Below, piece by piece: positions 1 through 10,648 of a stretch of DNA of 64,000 bases. The notes below the pieces were generated by a model. It was not told the DNA's origin and ran no database searches. It worked only from the letters and a program-made list of their open reading frames with translations. Position 1 is the stretch's first letter; each line of letters starts with the position of its first letter. A program made the translations under genes and the position numbers. This DNA is from an uncultured virus (IMG/VR IMGVR_UViG_3300025066_000019) (taxonomy: Duplodnaviria; Heunggongvirae; Uroviricota; Caudoviricetes), in the IMG/VR virus record IMGVR_UViG_3300025066_000019; one strand, given 5' to 3'.

Positions 1-479
1 TTTACTGCTGAGGTTGTATGAGTAAAATCAGCATTATGTGGACCGATGATAGAAGTACCCGGTTTAGAATTACCCATCTTGTATTCTAATACAGCACGAG
101 CATACTTATCACATAGGTCTTCTGCCCACGCTTTGGTATCTGTGCTTGCTGTTCGGCCATCAATTGAGGAGACATCGTCCTTAACGACAAATCCTTGCCT
201 GGATTTACGTCTCCATTCTCCCTGTCCAAGAAGACACGCCGCCTTAAGGACCACAAGATTTACAAACGCTTCATCGCGAGTGGCATCTGTCGGGTCTGGC
301 GTAATGTCGGGAGTGGTATGGTCAAAGGTATAAGACTTAGAGAAGTCTACCTCTTGTATCATGAGTTGACCAGAAGATACTATTAGTTGTTGCAGTGAGG
401 TATCATTGAACTCGTAAGGAGTGGTAATATCACCCACAACGGAACGAAGGATAGTCACCATTTCGGTTTGCCAAGACAT
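1..479 (-). CDS. Partial virion protein, probably head completion/head-tail adaptor (runs off window)
   Basis: Open frame from ATG at 479 (MSWQTEMVTILRSVVGDITTPYEF...), GGAGAG RBS upstream, directly after capsid gene; function inferred from position. Confidence 0.6.
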   Translation of the reverse strand, partial: MSWQTEMVTILRSVVGDITTPYEFNDTSLQQLIVSSGQLMIQEVDFSKSYTFDHTTPDITPDPTDATRDEAFVNLVVLKAACLLGQGEWRRKSRQGFVVKDDVSSIDGRTASTDTKAWAEDLCDKYARAVLEYKMGNSKPGTSIIGPHNADFTHTTSAV

Positions 480-506
480 GCTCTCTCCAAGTTTGATTGT
501 TAAGAC

Positions 507-540
507 AAAAGAAAAGGCCGGATTGCTCCGACCTTTCCTT
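507..540 (-). terminator. Intrinsic terminator after major capsid gene
   Basis: Minus strand AGGTCGGA-GCAA-TCCGGCCT followed by TTTCTTTT. Confidence 0.75.
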
Positions 541-567
541 TGACTTTCGACTTTTAAGAAACTTCTC

Positions 568-1566
568 TTAGAAGCTGCCGAGGATGACTCGACGGTTGTC
601 CAAGATACCGAATCCGTGTTCTGCCCAAGCGTAGAACCCGGCACGACGCTGACGGTGCAGCATGTTGTCGGTGAACACTTGAACGTCTTCAACCACAGGC
701 ATGACGAAGGAGTCATTGGTGGACAAGTCCAGGCCAACAACCAATTCAAGGTCACTACCTTGCAATGAACCGGAAAGCTCATTGGTGAAGAAGTTTTGAT
801 ACTCTTGACCTTCGCCAAGTTCGTCAAGGTCATGCAGGTTAACCTGGAAGATACGGTTTAGCGTACCATCGGCTGCATTGAAGATGCGATTACGAGTAAT
901 CTCATCAACTTGGTCAACACCCCAGTTACGGATGTCTTCGACACCTTCTGGGCTGAGGTACATGTCCGTGAGCTTACCACGGTTTTGGCTAGTGGAGTTA
1001 CCACCACCATTACGACGCATGACAGTCTTCATCAAGCTAACGATTCGCTTGGTGAACTGACCAGCGGAAGCATCGGAGTCAAAGACCACGATGTTACGGT
1101 CAACGCCAGCAGCCATAATGGTATGCCAAGCGTCGTCATTCGTCTTCTTGACGAAAGATGCCTGAAGCACTTGCAAAGCACGAGCCACAACATCCCAACG
1201 AGCATTACGAGCGTAACGCAGAATCCAGTCAATGGACGCACCTACTTCGTAGGTTGGAACCATGACGTAATCGCCTTCGACGTTACGTTCTGGAATTCGA
1301 CCGTGGTTAGGAATGGTGTAAGCAACGAAATCTTTCTCGGTGCCTGGAGCGAGGAAGTCGAGTGGGAACTCAGGCGGGGAGCCTGGAACCAAACCGATTC
1401 GCTCAAAAATATTCCCGGTAATATCACCGGCAAGAACACCCTGGCGTAGAGGAGTCGTCAACGCGACGGCCAATTTGCGAGTTGCAGCCAGGGAGATTTC
1501 TTCGTTAGTACTTCCACTACGCACGAGCAAGTCGGTCATAGCTTGAGTAGGCTTAATAGTAGCCAT
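568..1566 (-). CDS. Major capsid protein (HK97-like)
   Basis: 332 aa, AGGAG RBS, last gene of portal-protease-decoration-capsid order, followed by terminator. Confidence 0.8.
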   Translation of the reverse strand: MATIKPTQAMTDLLVRSGSTNEEISLAATRKLAVALTTPLRQGVLAGDITGNIFERIGLVPGSPPEFPLDFLAPGTEKDFVAYTIPNHGRIPERNVEGDYVMVPTYEVGASIDWILRYARNARWDVVARALQVLQASFVKKTNDDAWHTIMAAGVDRNIVVFDSDASAGQFTKRIVSLMKTVMRRNGGGNSTSQNRGKLTDMYLSPEGVEDIRNWGVDQVDEITRNRIFNAADGTLNRIFQVNLHDLDELGEGQEYQNFFTNELSGSLQGSDLELVVGLDLSTNDSFVMPVVEDVQVFTDNMLHRQRRAGFYAWAEHGFGILDNRRVILGSF

Positions 1567-1589
1567 TGTGTTTAGTCTCCTTTTGTTAA

Positions 1590-2081
1590 TTACGCCAATG
1601 TTGGACGTGGGCCAGAGGTAGGCAGTTTGACGTAGACCTTAGTATAGCCGTCTTCGTCTGCAACGCCTTGGAATTCCCCAATTGGGAAAGCACCATTGGC
1701 TTCTGCCGTATCAAGTAAACCGGAAGGACCGACAAAACAAGTTTCGCTTCCCACAGGGGCAGCGACGATGTCAGGTCGAACCATATTGGTGACAACGTAA
1801 CCTTCCTTAAGAAGCGTTACCTTTCCACCCTTCTGATGTTCATTCTTGTGTTCATTAATCTTGGTACGAGTCAGGTCTTTGTTGACCATGTCGTTCAGAA
1901 GGATACCAAGCGGAACTGCACCGGATGGATTAGCTGCGTATGTGGCCAAGTTTTGACTTTGGTCCATAGCTGCTCCAGAGCCAGCGGTAGAGAGGGTTGC
2001 GATACCACCACGCTCGGCAACTTCATTCATGTGCCAAGCAATATCAGTGATTCCCTCGTAGCGGTCACCTTTGAGTGCCAT
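1590..2081 (-). CDS. Capsid decoration/cement protein
   Basis: 163 aa, Gly/Ala-rich, GGAGG RBS, between scaffold and capsid genes. Confidence 0.6.
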   Translation of the reverse strand: MALKGDRYEGITDIAWHMNEVAERGGIATLSTAGSGAAMDQSQNLATYAANPSGAVPLGILLNDMVNKDLTRTKINEHKNEHQKGGKVTLLKEGYVVTNMVRPDIVAAPVGSETCFVGPSGLLDTAEANGAFPIGEFQGVADEDGYTKVYVKLPTSGPRPTLA

Positions 2082-2134
2082 TGTGTTTAACCTCCGTTAG
2101 GTTGTTAAGTGAGTGAATAAAAAAGAATCGGCAA

Positions 2135-3739
2135 TTACTTGCTGTCTTCTTCGGGACCGTCAGAAGGACTAAGCATAGACCCAAAAGTGCTGGCCATTGA
2201 AGCCATCAATTCAGCGTCTTCATCGTCCTGTTCTGAACTTGCAGCGGAAAGGTCGATACCATCTTCCTCTTCGCCATTTTCGAGGGCAGATGCAGCGGAA
2301 GCTTCATCACCTTCTTCTTCTTCAGAAGACGCATCAGCTTTTTCGTCTTTTTTGTCTTCGTCTTTGCCTTTGCCTTTCTTCTTAAACTTATCTTTGTCGA
2401 ACTTCCCACGGGCCTCAACAAGGTCAGCTTGCGTGCTAACAAATTCCGCGAAAATTTCGTCATCGACGCCAGAGAACTTTTCAGCCATCTGTTCTGCGTC
2501 TGCCTTATCAACACCCTTATCGACTAGTTGAGAAACTCGCTCAGTCTTTGCGGAAGTTGCAGCAATCTCTTCAAGCTTCTCGGAAGCTGTGGAAAGTTCG
2601 CTTTTGGTTTTGTCATGGTCTGCGGTAGCAGACTCGGTAGCTTTTTCAGCCTCAGCCTTTGCACTTCGAAGATTACTGATTTCAGTATCCTTCTCTGCAA
2701 TGGTGGACGTAAGAGCTTCAATCTCAGAGCGAAGAGTCGCGTACTCAGCTTGAATCTTCTCTTCACCGGCTTTATCAAGTCGGTCGCGAAGTTCAGCAAT
2801 TGCACGCTGAGCGTCTTGCCATTGAGCGTCAGTGACAACACTAGTAATCGTGTCGGCCATACTGGTCTCCTTCTTTGTGTTTGAGTTAATTATGATTTTC
2901 GACTGCGGAACGATTAAACCATCTTTTTCGTTGAAAGAGGCCACTATCCCTTCGAACCTTGAAACATCATTTAAGATGTGACTTTCAGGATTACCTGGGT
3001 CATCTACCAAACCTTTTCCGCTAAAGGCGAGGTTTCGCATCATTCTTCCTACACGGTGGCCTTCGTATTCGCCATTACCGCCGTAAGCTCTCAAATGCTT
3101 GGTTAAAAACGCACTGTCGTTAGAGCGGGCAACGACGTGACTTAGTCCATCTGGGGCTGTGACTGCGTAATCAAAGTTAGAGAACAACACTTCCATTGAG
3201 ACCATCCACTTACCAGCGGCAATCTCTTGTAACATTTCCGCCGTCTCATCTTCAAGTGTTTCATCTCTACAACTTAGATGTTTATAGAGTACCGCACTTG
3301 TGAGAAGGTGGAACTTATCAGGAAGGTCATCAATAACTGTATTGTTAGGTATCAGACTATAGTTGTCATCAACCCCGCAGCATCCAGTAATATGGCCGAG
3401 AATGTGCCTAGGGTTATGCTGAAAGTTAAAAGGCTTATCTTCTGGCGTCAATCTAGCCGCCCAAGTCTCTTCTCTATCAAACACATCATCATTCTTATTC
3501 CAACCAGTTGTGGTCAAAATAGTATGAAGATAGTGTAAGTCATACTGACCCTTATTAGTAGCATGTGCTACCTTAGCCCATTTTTTAGCTGATTCTTCAT
3601 GGCTGGTACTTGCGACCGCACTCAGAATTCGCTCATCGACTGTTACTGGACAAGCTATTGCAATGGAACTTTTTTCTTGTATTATGTTAGTCAACCCAGC
3701 ATCACGCTCGGCTGCATAAGTAGCTATTGCTCTATGCAT
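2135..3739 (-). CDS. Prohead protease-scaffold fusion
   Basis: N-terminal globular domain (NKNDDVF, PFNFQH, SMEV) plus acidic coiled-coil C-terminal half; between portal and capsid. Confidence 0.7.
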   Translation of the reverse strand: MHRAIATYAAERDAGLTNIIQEKSSIAIACPVTVDERILSAVASTSHEESAKKWAKVAHATNKGQYDLHYLHTILTTTGWNKNDDVFDREETWAARLTPEDKPFNFQHNPRHILGHITGCCGVDDNYSLIPNNTVIDDLPDKFHLLTSAVLYKHLSCRDETLEDETAEMLQEIAAGKWMVSMEVLFSNFDYAVTAPDGLSHVVARSNDSAFLTKHLRAYGGNGEYEGHRVGRMMRNLAFSGKGLVDDPGNPESHILNDVSRFEGIVASFNEKDGLIVPQSKIIINSNTKKETSMADTITSVVTDAQWQDAQRAIAELRDRLDKAGEEKIQAEYATLRSEIEALTSTIAEKDTEISNLRSAKAEAEKATESATADHDKTKSELSTASEKLEEIAATSAKTERVSQLVDKGVDKADAEQMAEKFSGVDDEIFAEFVSTQADLVEARGKFDKDKFKKKGKGKDEDKKDEKADASSEEEEGDEASAASALENGEEEDGIDLSAASSEQDDEDAELMASMASTFGSMLSPSDGPEEDSK

Positions 3740-3778
3740 TAAAACTGTCCCTTCGTATTAGTTATACACCAAAAAATA

Positions 3779-4126
3779 TTAATAGCCCAGTTTTCCTCTT
3801 AAAAACTGGTTTATCTCTTCGTCCACAGGGTCTACCTCAGCAATACCCACTAGACCTGGAAGCTTATCTGAGGTAATTGCACTACCATCGGCAATCGCCT
3901 TTTCGGCCTCATTTGAGCCAGCAGAGAAGAAAACCACTCGTTTCGCAAGTTCTTCGTCCACATTGACTTCCGCCGTTTCTACAGAAACTTCTACGAAATT
4001 CTGGTTATCGGCCTCATCGTGGCTTCTCCACACGGAAACATGATTGACATTCTTCAATCTTTCACCGTTGACATCCACGTCTAATTGTTTAGATTTAGTA
4101 TCATACGCTACGTTAATAATCGCCAT
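3779..4126 (-). CDS. Hypothetical protein (head module)
   Basis: 115 aa ORF with AAGGAG RBS. Confidence 0.7.
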   Translation of the reverse strand: MAIINVAYDTKSKQLDVDVNGERLKNVNHVSVWRSHDEADNQNFVEVSVETAEVNVDEELAKRVVFFSAGSNEAEKAIADGSAITSDKLPGLVGIAEVDPVDEEINQFLRGKLGY

Positions 4127-4135
4127 TGTTTCTCC

Positions 4136-6346
4136 TTAGTTAACTTGTTCCCACAATAAAGAATACACCGCAGCTTGTACCGAACGCATTTCGTCGATAT
4201 TTGGCTCACGTCCATTATTCTTCTTTAGCTGGGACACGAAAGCACTGTGGCACTTGTTAAAGATTAGTGGAAGGGGTTTATTATTTGCTGCTATTCTAGC
4301 AATTACATCATCTGTTACTTCTTCAAAAGGGCTCAGGCTGGCCAGTACCTTAAACTTCATGCGTTCTGCCGCTGCCGTCTCCTTCTTAGATAGGCTTCTC
4401 ATGCTGTCTTTACCGAAGTGGGAAAGCATAACAGGATTGACCTTGTCGGCTATAACATCTTGAACTTGCTTAGCCCACGTCATTTGTGTAAGGAAGGACG
4501 CTGTATCCTCTATAGAATCAGCAGCGGTTCTCACCTTGAAGCTACGCTCCTTGCGTCCACCGGGGCCATCCTTCTTTCCGGCTGGTCGTCCGTTTTTGCC
4601 AGGAACCTTCTTAGAGGGGTCTCCAGGCTTACCTGATTGAGCATTCTTCTGTATCATCGTTTCAAGCTGTCGGTCGAATGGAGATTTCTTGTCAGGGGTT
4701 AAGTCTTCTAGTCCAGCATCTTCTGGATTAATATAACCTCGCTGCAATGCCATCTTAGTATACTCATGTTCTTTCTCAGCAGTAAAGAAGGCACCAGCCT
4801 TAGGATTACGCTTACCAGACTCACGTTCTTTCTTCTCTCTCTTCTTACGAATCATTTCGACTGCATCATCCTCTCCAAATCGCTCCAACAAGGTTTCATC
4901 ACTAATAAGGTCTATCTCATACAGACTCTTAAGTAGACCCTTCTCTGCGGCTTTATCAGTCAACGTCATTTGGTCAAATACCACTTTAGCCCCTGGTTTT
5001 AGGCCCATTGCCTGTCGGAACAACTCAATCTCCTGCTCCCAGAATGCAGTCAAAATACCACGTCCATAGTTCAGTCTCTCCACAAGTGTTTGCATAGAGA
5101 TGAAGTTATTAGTAGTACCACTCATGCTGCTATTACCAGTTAGAGTACCTGGAACACCAAACGTTTCGTATAGAGAGTTTAGCACAGGCTCGTACTTAGT
5201 AGAGCCGAGAAACTGATGAACATCTGTCTTCACGCTATCGACCTTGAGGTCTGGACCCCAAATAAGGTCAAAGGCTCCACCACCGGGGTTACTTAGAAGG
5301 ATGTCGGCTAGTTTGTTAATAGCTTCATCTGTAGGAATAATGCCTTGGTCTAGGTCACCAAGTGTCCAAACACGGACTTGAGAGATAGCACCGTCGAGTG
5401 CTGCGAGGTCTGCCAGTTTCATCTTCTCTAGCAGGATAAGGTCATCCATGGCGGCATAGGCGATAGGGTCTGCCCACGTTTGCCAGTCGTCCTTTTTGTA
5501 GTGAGATACTACAATTTTATCTCCATCAAGAATATAGAACTGCTTACCGCTCTGTGCTGCTACACGAATATCATTAGGAATCTTCGCCACTAACGCACGC
5601 TCTAGTTCATCACGAGGGTGTAGAATCTGATTTCTCAGGTTGGCAGGCAGAGCCAAGGCGATAACTTGCTCGCCCACAAATTGTCCTAGTGCCCCACCAG
5701 CAATCTCTATGGTCATCGGGTTTAAAAAGTTGTAGCGACTGGGGATTACACCCTTTCTAGTCTGTAGAGGAGCATCTAGTTCTTCTGTGGCCTCTAATTT
5801 GGCACCCATTGCAGACATTAGCTTCTTAGCTTTTTTGCCCAACTTAGCTGTCCATCGCTGAACCACCACATTTCCTAACCTGTATAAATAGTTAGCAAAA
5901 CGTTCTGAAACATGCTTACCACGAACTTTCTTCCACCACGCTCTATACAACTTCTGTTGTTTCTTATCTGGGTGAACTATGTTAACACCCTGTACAGTAA
6001 AGTCGCCCATGAGGTCCACAATATTACGAACCAAGCCCACTCTCCTGTAGGCCTGATTTGAAAAGGACATGATGTCTTTCGGCTTTACCGGGACACTCTC
6101 TGATGGCCGAAACGATTCATAGGACTTACGAGTGAATTCGTTACGCACACTGATGTTCGTAGACACATCCTCAAATAAAGTCCTATCAGCACTAGCAAAG
6201 TGCATCCTGTCACCCGCTGCGACACCAGTGTACGACCCCACGGCTTGGGTCAATGCGTTCTGGGCAATCTGAATGCCATTCTCACTGTTGGGATTAAATA
6301 CGGCAACCGCAACCTTCGATTTTTGAGATAAGTCGTTTGTTTCCAT
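4136..6346 (-). CDS. Portal protein
   Basis: 736 aa immediately after large terminase; helical core and basic low-complexity C-terminal region. Confidence 0.75.
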   Translation of the reverse strand: METNDLSQKSKVAVAVFNPNSENGIQIAQNALTQAVGSYTGVAAGDRMHFASADRTLFEDVSTNISVRNEFTRKSYESFRPSESVPVKPKDIMSFSNQAYRRVGLVRNIVDLMGDFTVQGVNIVHPDKKQQKLYRAWWKKVRGKHVSERFANYLYRLGNVVVQRWTAKLGKKAKKLMSAMGAKLEATEELDAPLQTRKGVIPSRYNFLNPMTIEIAGGALGQFVGEQVIALALPANLRNQILHPRDELERALVAKIPNDIRVAAQSGKQFYILDGDKIVVSHYKKDDWQTWADPIAYAAMDDLILLEKMKLADLAALDGAISQVRVWTLGDLDQGIIPTDEAINKLADILLSNPGGGAFDLIWGPDLKVDSVKTDVHQFLGSTKYEPVLNSLYETFGVPGTLTGNSSMSGTTNNFISMQTLVERLNYGRGILTAFWEQEIELFRQAMGLKPGAKVVFDQMTLTDKAAEKGLLKSLYEIDLISDETLLERFGEDDAVEMIRKKREKKERESGKRNPKAGAFFTAEKEHEYTKMALQRGYINPEDAGLEDLTPDKKSPFDRQLETMIQKNAQSGKPGDPSKKVPGKNGRPAGKKDGPGGRKERSFKVRTAADSIEDTASFLTQMTWAKQVQDVIADKVNPVMLSHFGKDSMRSLSKKETAAAERMKFKVLASLSPFEEVTDDVIARIAANNKPLPLIFNKCHSAFVSQLKKNNGREPNIDEMRSVQAAVYSLLWEQVN

Positions 6347-6416
6347 ATGTTTAGGTCGCCCTTGATAGTAATTGTATTGGTTATGGGTTTACAATGGTAT
6401 TATACGCCAAATAATA

Positions 6417-8525
6417 CTATTGCCGATGAACACCCTTCCCATATGACCGCTTATTCATTCCAGAAACAATATGGGCGGGTCCAGTATATAACTGACCAGT
6501 CACCCCTCTCGATACGCTTTGTTGCCCAACGAACCCTCCCACAAAATTATGTGGCTGTCCTTCCAGCTTCCAATCCATAACATGTGCCACCTGATTAGCT
6601 ATAACAAGGGCACTGTACCTATCCTTGCGGAGGCGGGACTTCTTACCACCGGGTGCCGGAACTTCGGGCGTGTCCCACTTATCCCTACCTGCTGGAGTTT
6701 GCGTATGTTCGATAATTGCAAGCTCATCTTTAATTGCTTCGATTTCCATAACACAATCTTCCAGCGTGTCGTAGGTTTTGTTAGCAATACTATCTTGAGC
6801 AATAGCATCACCCACTGTCGCAGAGTCGAACCACGGAAACAAGATAACTTTATTCTCTAGGTCTTTTCTAAGGTTGTGATTGGCTTCTGAGTTAAAGTTA
6901 GCATTAGCGAACTGGACCATATGAAGAATATGAAGTCCCGGTTCTCCGTCTGTAGGCTTCTTTTCTTTCTCCCACCAGAACGGGTCTTTTTCTCCAGGTG
7001 TCCCCTCGCAACGATAAGGCCATATCATAACCTCACCCTCTTCCAAAAGCTTTGTATCGTGTAATGCTTCCATGATAGCAATACCACCACCTTGTGCATC
7101 AATCGCGATATGGTCAGTTGGGAATACCTTCATGAGGTTTCTAATCTTACGGGCACAGTAGTTATAGTAAGATTGATTAGTAGCTTCTCCAGTATTCTTC
7201 ATTCTCTTTCTAAGCTCTTGTCGAGTCACGGACCACGAGTAGACAATCTTTCGGTGTCCAGGGCTTACCTCTAGGATGACTAAAGAGAAGTTGTCATTTT
7301 CAGATGCAGGGTCCAAGCCATATACATATTTAACATTTGGATTACCTGATGTAACCGCAGAGAACGGCTTAATGGTTTCGCCCGTTCCAATAAGCATATC
7401 CTTGCTACACACGCAACTCTCGACGAGGGAGCGTTTAAAGAACCCGTTAGAATCCTTAGCGAAACATGCTGCATACTCCATTAGATAGTAGGAAGAGTGA
7501 TACAGAGCCTTAGCCTGAGAGATTTGACCCATATCCATGAAGCCCTTAGGCATACTATTAACATCCAGACGGATGATAGAGTATTGTTTCCAATCAAACT
7601 CTTCTGGCACTTGTCCCTGTAGAATCTCTTGCAGTTTTCTTTCGTCTCCACCGCTATTGATAATATTGCGATAACGAACAAAATAATCATGGAAGTGATT
7701 GAAACCATAATAAGCTGTCCCAGAAATAATATTCTGGTTACCCATCGGGAGTTCTTCTTCAGCATCCTCAGCTTCCCTATACATACCAAGCATCTTAAGG
7801 GCCTCAATTCGCCCTTGGTCAATAACCTTAGTAACAGGGTCTAATTGTACCGAACCGAAACCCTTAATAACAATTTCGAAAATCTCTTGTGGAATGGATG
7901 CAAATTCGTCAGCCACGATATAGTTAGCACGTAAACCACGAATCTTAGAACCATCACCGAGAGGAATAGCAGAGATAATACTGGAGCCGATGTAGAAGAT
8001 ACACCTGTCGATGTCTCTCTTTGGTCCCTGGTGTTTTCCATCGCCCACAATGTTACGGAAGATGGGACTGTTACGCCACAGGGTTTCCATGTATTCAAAC
8101 AGAAGCTTAGACTGACGGAATGCAGCACCAACCACAACAACCTTAGCCCCAGGCTCAAAGATAGCCCTAAGCACAGAGTACAAGGCTAGGAGGAATGTTT
8201 TACCACCACCACGAGTAGCGATAAACATTGGGAACTTACGCTGCCAAAATTCTTGCAAGATAGCAATCTGAACAGGGTGTAAGTTTATATTGAATAGCCA
8301 CTTACATGTATACCAGAAGTTTTCCGGCTGTCGCATGAAGTCAATCATTTCATCAATCGGGGACTGATGCCATGACTTATCCATTAGTGGATTATCAATC
8401 TTTAGTTTTCTGGTATCGCCTAACCCCAAGTAGTATTCATCAAGGAATCTTTCTAGGTTATTGGGGTCATTGACAATATCCGCACTAACTATCGGTGCTA
8501 TCTTTGGAATCAACAACTTTGCCAT
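6417..8525 (-). CDS. Terminase large subunit
   Basis: Walker A ATRGGGKT, Walker B IVADEF, nuclease motifs GLDPA and KDRYSA; likely start MAKLLIP at 8525. Confidence 0.9.
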   Translation of the reverse strand: MAKLLIPKIAPIVSADIVNDPNNLERFLDEYYLGLGDTRKLKIDNPLMDKSWHQSPIDEMIDFMRQPENFWYTCKWLFNINLHPVQIAILQEFWQRKFPMFIATRGGGKTFLLALYSVLRAIFEPGAKVVVVGAAFRQSKLLFEYMETLWRNSPIFRNIVGDGKHQGPKRDIDRCIFYIGSSIISAIPLGDGSKIRGLRANYIVADEFASIPQEIFEIVIKGFGSVQLDPVTKVIDQGRIEALKMLGMYREAEDAEEELPMGNQNIISGTAYYGFNHFHDYFVRYRNIINSGGDERKLQEILQGQVPEEFDWKQYSIIRLDVNSMPKGFMDMGQISQAKALYHSSYYLMEYAACFAKDSNGFFKRSLVESCVCSKDMLIGTGETIKPFSAVTSGNPNVKYVYGLDPASENDNFSLVILEVSPGHRKIVYSWSVTRQELRKRMKNTGEATNQSYYNYCARKIRNLMKVFPTDHIAIDAQGGGIAIMEALHDTKLLEEGEVMIWPYRCEGTPGEKDPFWWEKEKKPTDGEPGLHILHMVQFANANFNSEANHNLRKDLENKVILFPWFDSATVGDAIAQDSIANKTYDTLEDCVMEIEAIKDELAIIEHTQTPAGRDKWDTPEVPAPGGKKSRLRKDRYSALVIANQVAHVMDWKLEGQPHNFVGGFVGQQSVSRGVTGQLYTGPAHIVSGMNKRSYGKGVHRQ

Positions 8526-9003
8526 ACTGCTCGACCATCCTTTTGAATATACTACCAGCCACACTTAGTCCGTCGTCTTCACCAACGAATAAAACATGAA
8601 CATTTGGAAATTTAACTTGTAGTTCGAGGGTCTTACTGAGAGCAGCATAACCCTTGAACCGTATCATATTAGCTGCGGCACGAGGAATCTCGGGTATCTT
8701 AGGATACTTCAAGAATTTCCCCATGTCAAACTCAAGGACAAGCCAGATGTGTTTAAGATGAGAGCCACGCTCCATCTCTTTGTAGAATCTGGTACTGTGT
8801 TTAGCTAGGTTAGCAGCAAACTCAGAAATAGCACCTTTTCGTTCTATTGTAAATATATCCTCAAAGCCCTCAAGGGTGTAATCACCCACCTCCAACTTTT
8901 GAGTTTTCATCCCCGCACACTTATCAGTCTTGTAGAAGAACCACCCTTGTTCGGTCTTCTCTCTAGTGTCACGAATAACTGAGTATTTTTTTGTAGTCTT
9001 CAT
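8485..9003 (-). CDS. ERCC4/XPF-family nuclease
   Basis: DTRE...GDY...IERK signature. Confidence 0.85.
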   Translation of the reverse strand: MKTTKKYSVIRDTREKTEQGWFFYKTDKCAGMKTQKLEVGDYTLEGFEDIFTIERKGAISEFAANLAKHSTRFYKEMERGSHLKHIWLVLEFDMGKFLKYPKIPEIPRAAANMIRFKGYAALSKTLELQVKFPNVHVLFVGEDDGLSVAGSIFKRMVEQYGKVVDSKDSTDS

Positions 9004-10084
9004 CGACCATCTCTTTCACTAATTCTTCAAACTGAATCTCAGGCTCCCACCCAAGTTCCCTCTTTGCCTTGGAGGCGTCTCCAAGTAGGTATTCTACATC
9101 GAAAGGCCGAAAGAATTCTGGGTCAACTACCACGTAGTCAGTCCAATCTTCAATGCCAATCTCCTTGAACGCGACATCTAGTAGGTCGCGGATACTGAAC
9201 GTTTTACCTGTTGCTAATACATAGTCATCAGGAGTCTCTTGTTGTAACATCATCCACATACCACGGATATAGTCTCGGGCATGTCCCCAGTCTCTACGAG
9301 CATCTAGGTTACCAAGCCGAAGTTTAGGAAAACCTTCTTCATTAGCCACTGAGTTATACAGCATGTCCTTATCTCCAGAAAGACCCTGTCCATTATTGTT
9401 CCACTCTTTAAACTTGGCAATCCACATAGTAACCTTACGGGTTACAAACTTCTCTCCTCGTCGTGGCGACTCATGGTTAAATAAGATACCACTACACGCG
9501 AAAAGACCATAACCTTCACGATACATACGAACAGCATTATGAGCGGCAAGCTTAGCGATGGCATAGGGTGAATTGGGATGGAATTCTGTAGTTTCATCTT
9601 GGTAGTACTCCGTAGTATATTCAGGTGGACTATTTGGTATTTCCCCTTGGTTCTCATTAAGACTATGGCGTTCCTTCATATTACTGCCGAACATCTCTGA
9701 AGTAGAAGCTTGGTAGACGCGACTGTGTGGCGAATGCTCCTTTACAGCGTCCAGAACGTTGAATGTGCCGTTCGCGTTGACTTCGTGAGTGAGAGTCGGT
9801 TGTTTAAATGAAGTGCCCACATGACTCTGTGCGGCAAGATTGTAGACTTCCTGTGGTTGGTGTTCGGCTATAATCTGGGATACGCTCTTGGCATCCACTA
9901 AATCGCCCTCGACCAACTTAAAATTGGGGTTGTCTAGGATGTGCTTTAGTCTTTGTGTGTTGTCAGTACTTGTTCTTCGGACGACACCTATTACTGTATA
10001 TCCTTTTTCAAGTAGGAACTCACTTAGGTAAGAACCGTCTTGACCGCCACATCCCCAAATAATTGCTACCTTACGCTCTGTCAT
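8969..10084 (-). CDS. gmd: GDP-mannose 4,6-dehydratase
   Basis: GQDGSYL, YNLAAQSHV, QASTSEMFG, SPYAIAK, NHESPRRG, LGNLDARRDWGHA; start MTERK. Confidence 0.95.
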   Translation of the reverse strand: MTERKVAIIWGCGGQDGSYLSEFLLEKGYTVIGVVRRTSTDNTQRLKHILDNPNFKLVEGDLVDAKSVSQIIAEHQPQEVYNLAAQSHVGTSFKQPTLTHEVNANGTFNVLDAVKEHSPHSRVYQASTSEMFGSNMKERHSLNENQGEIPNSPPEYTTEYYQDETTEFHPNSPYAIAKLAAHNAVRMYREGYGLFACSGILFNHESPRRGEKFVTRKVTMWIAKFKEWNNNGQGLSGDKDMLYNSVANEEGFPKLRLGNLDARRDWGHARDYIRGMWMMLQQETPDDYVLATGKTFSIRDLLDVAFKEIGIEDWTDYVVVDPEFFRPFDVEYLLGDASKAKRELGWEPEIQFEELVKEMVDEDYKKILSYS

Positions 10085-10544
10085 ATTTTTTTCCTTTGTG
10101 TAGATTTTCCTTAGCCCATAAAGGCTGTAAGTTTGATTTGTCCTCTTCGGACTCAAATGAAGTTGGTATTATTGGTGTACAAATAACCAACTCTTCTCTC
10201 CTTTTCTTTCTCTCTGCTATTCTTTTATCCTCATGGTAGGTTTTACACCCTGATTCGTCACGATGAATAACCTTAACTATTTGAGGAGTAGCTAATATTT
10301 CCGAAAATGCCTTTTCCATGTCTTCGATAATAAGTGCTTCCTCAAAGACACCACCAGACGCCTTCAGTTTTCTTTCTTTTACTGTCTTTTGAAACCTGTC
10401 AGACCTGTCGTAGTAATACCCTGCACGACTTTCGTATTTTTCAATAACCTCTTCTGTTACTTCTGGCTCCTTAACCTTCTCGGGTCTTTGTTTGCTATAG
10501 AACCAATACTTAATAAGTTCCTTAATCACTTTCCACTTAAACAT
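10071..10544 (-). CDS. Hypothetical protein with degenerate HNH-like C-terminus
   Basis: Ends IIP...NLQPLWAKENLHKG, typical of phage HNH tails, but lacks the preceding His motif. Confidence 0.55.
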   Translation of the reverse strand: MFKWKVIKELIKYWFYSKQRPEKVKEPEVTEEVIEKYESRAGYYYDRSDRFQKTVKERKLKASGGVFEEALIIEDMEKAFSEILATPQIVKVIHRDESGCKTYHEDKRIAERKKRREELVICTPIIPTSFESEEDKSNLQPLWAKENLHKGKKYDRA

Positions 10545-10648
10545 TCGTTTTCCTTTATATTATCATTATGAACGAGACTAGCCATATTACTCCTGCAACA
10601 CATAAGCCAGTCAAGAACCCCTTCTGGAATGCCTTATCGTATCTATCT

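Noticed and set aside
568..8525. Introns or inteins in capsid, portal or terminase
   Set aside because: Frames are continuous and no intein terminal motifs were seen
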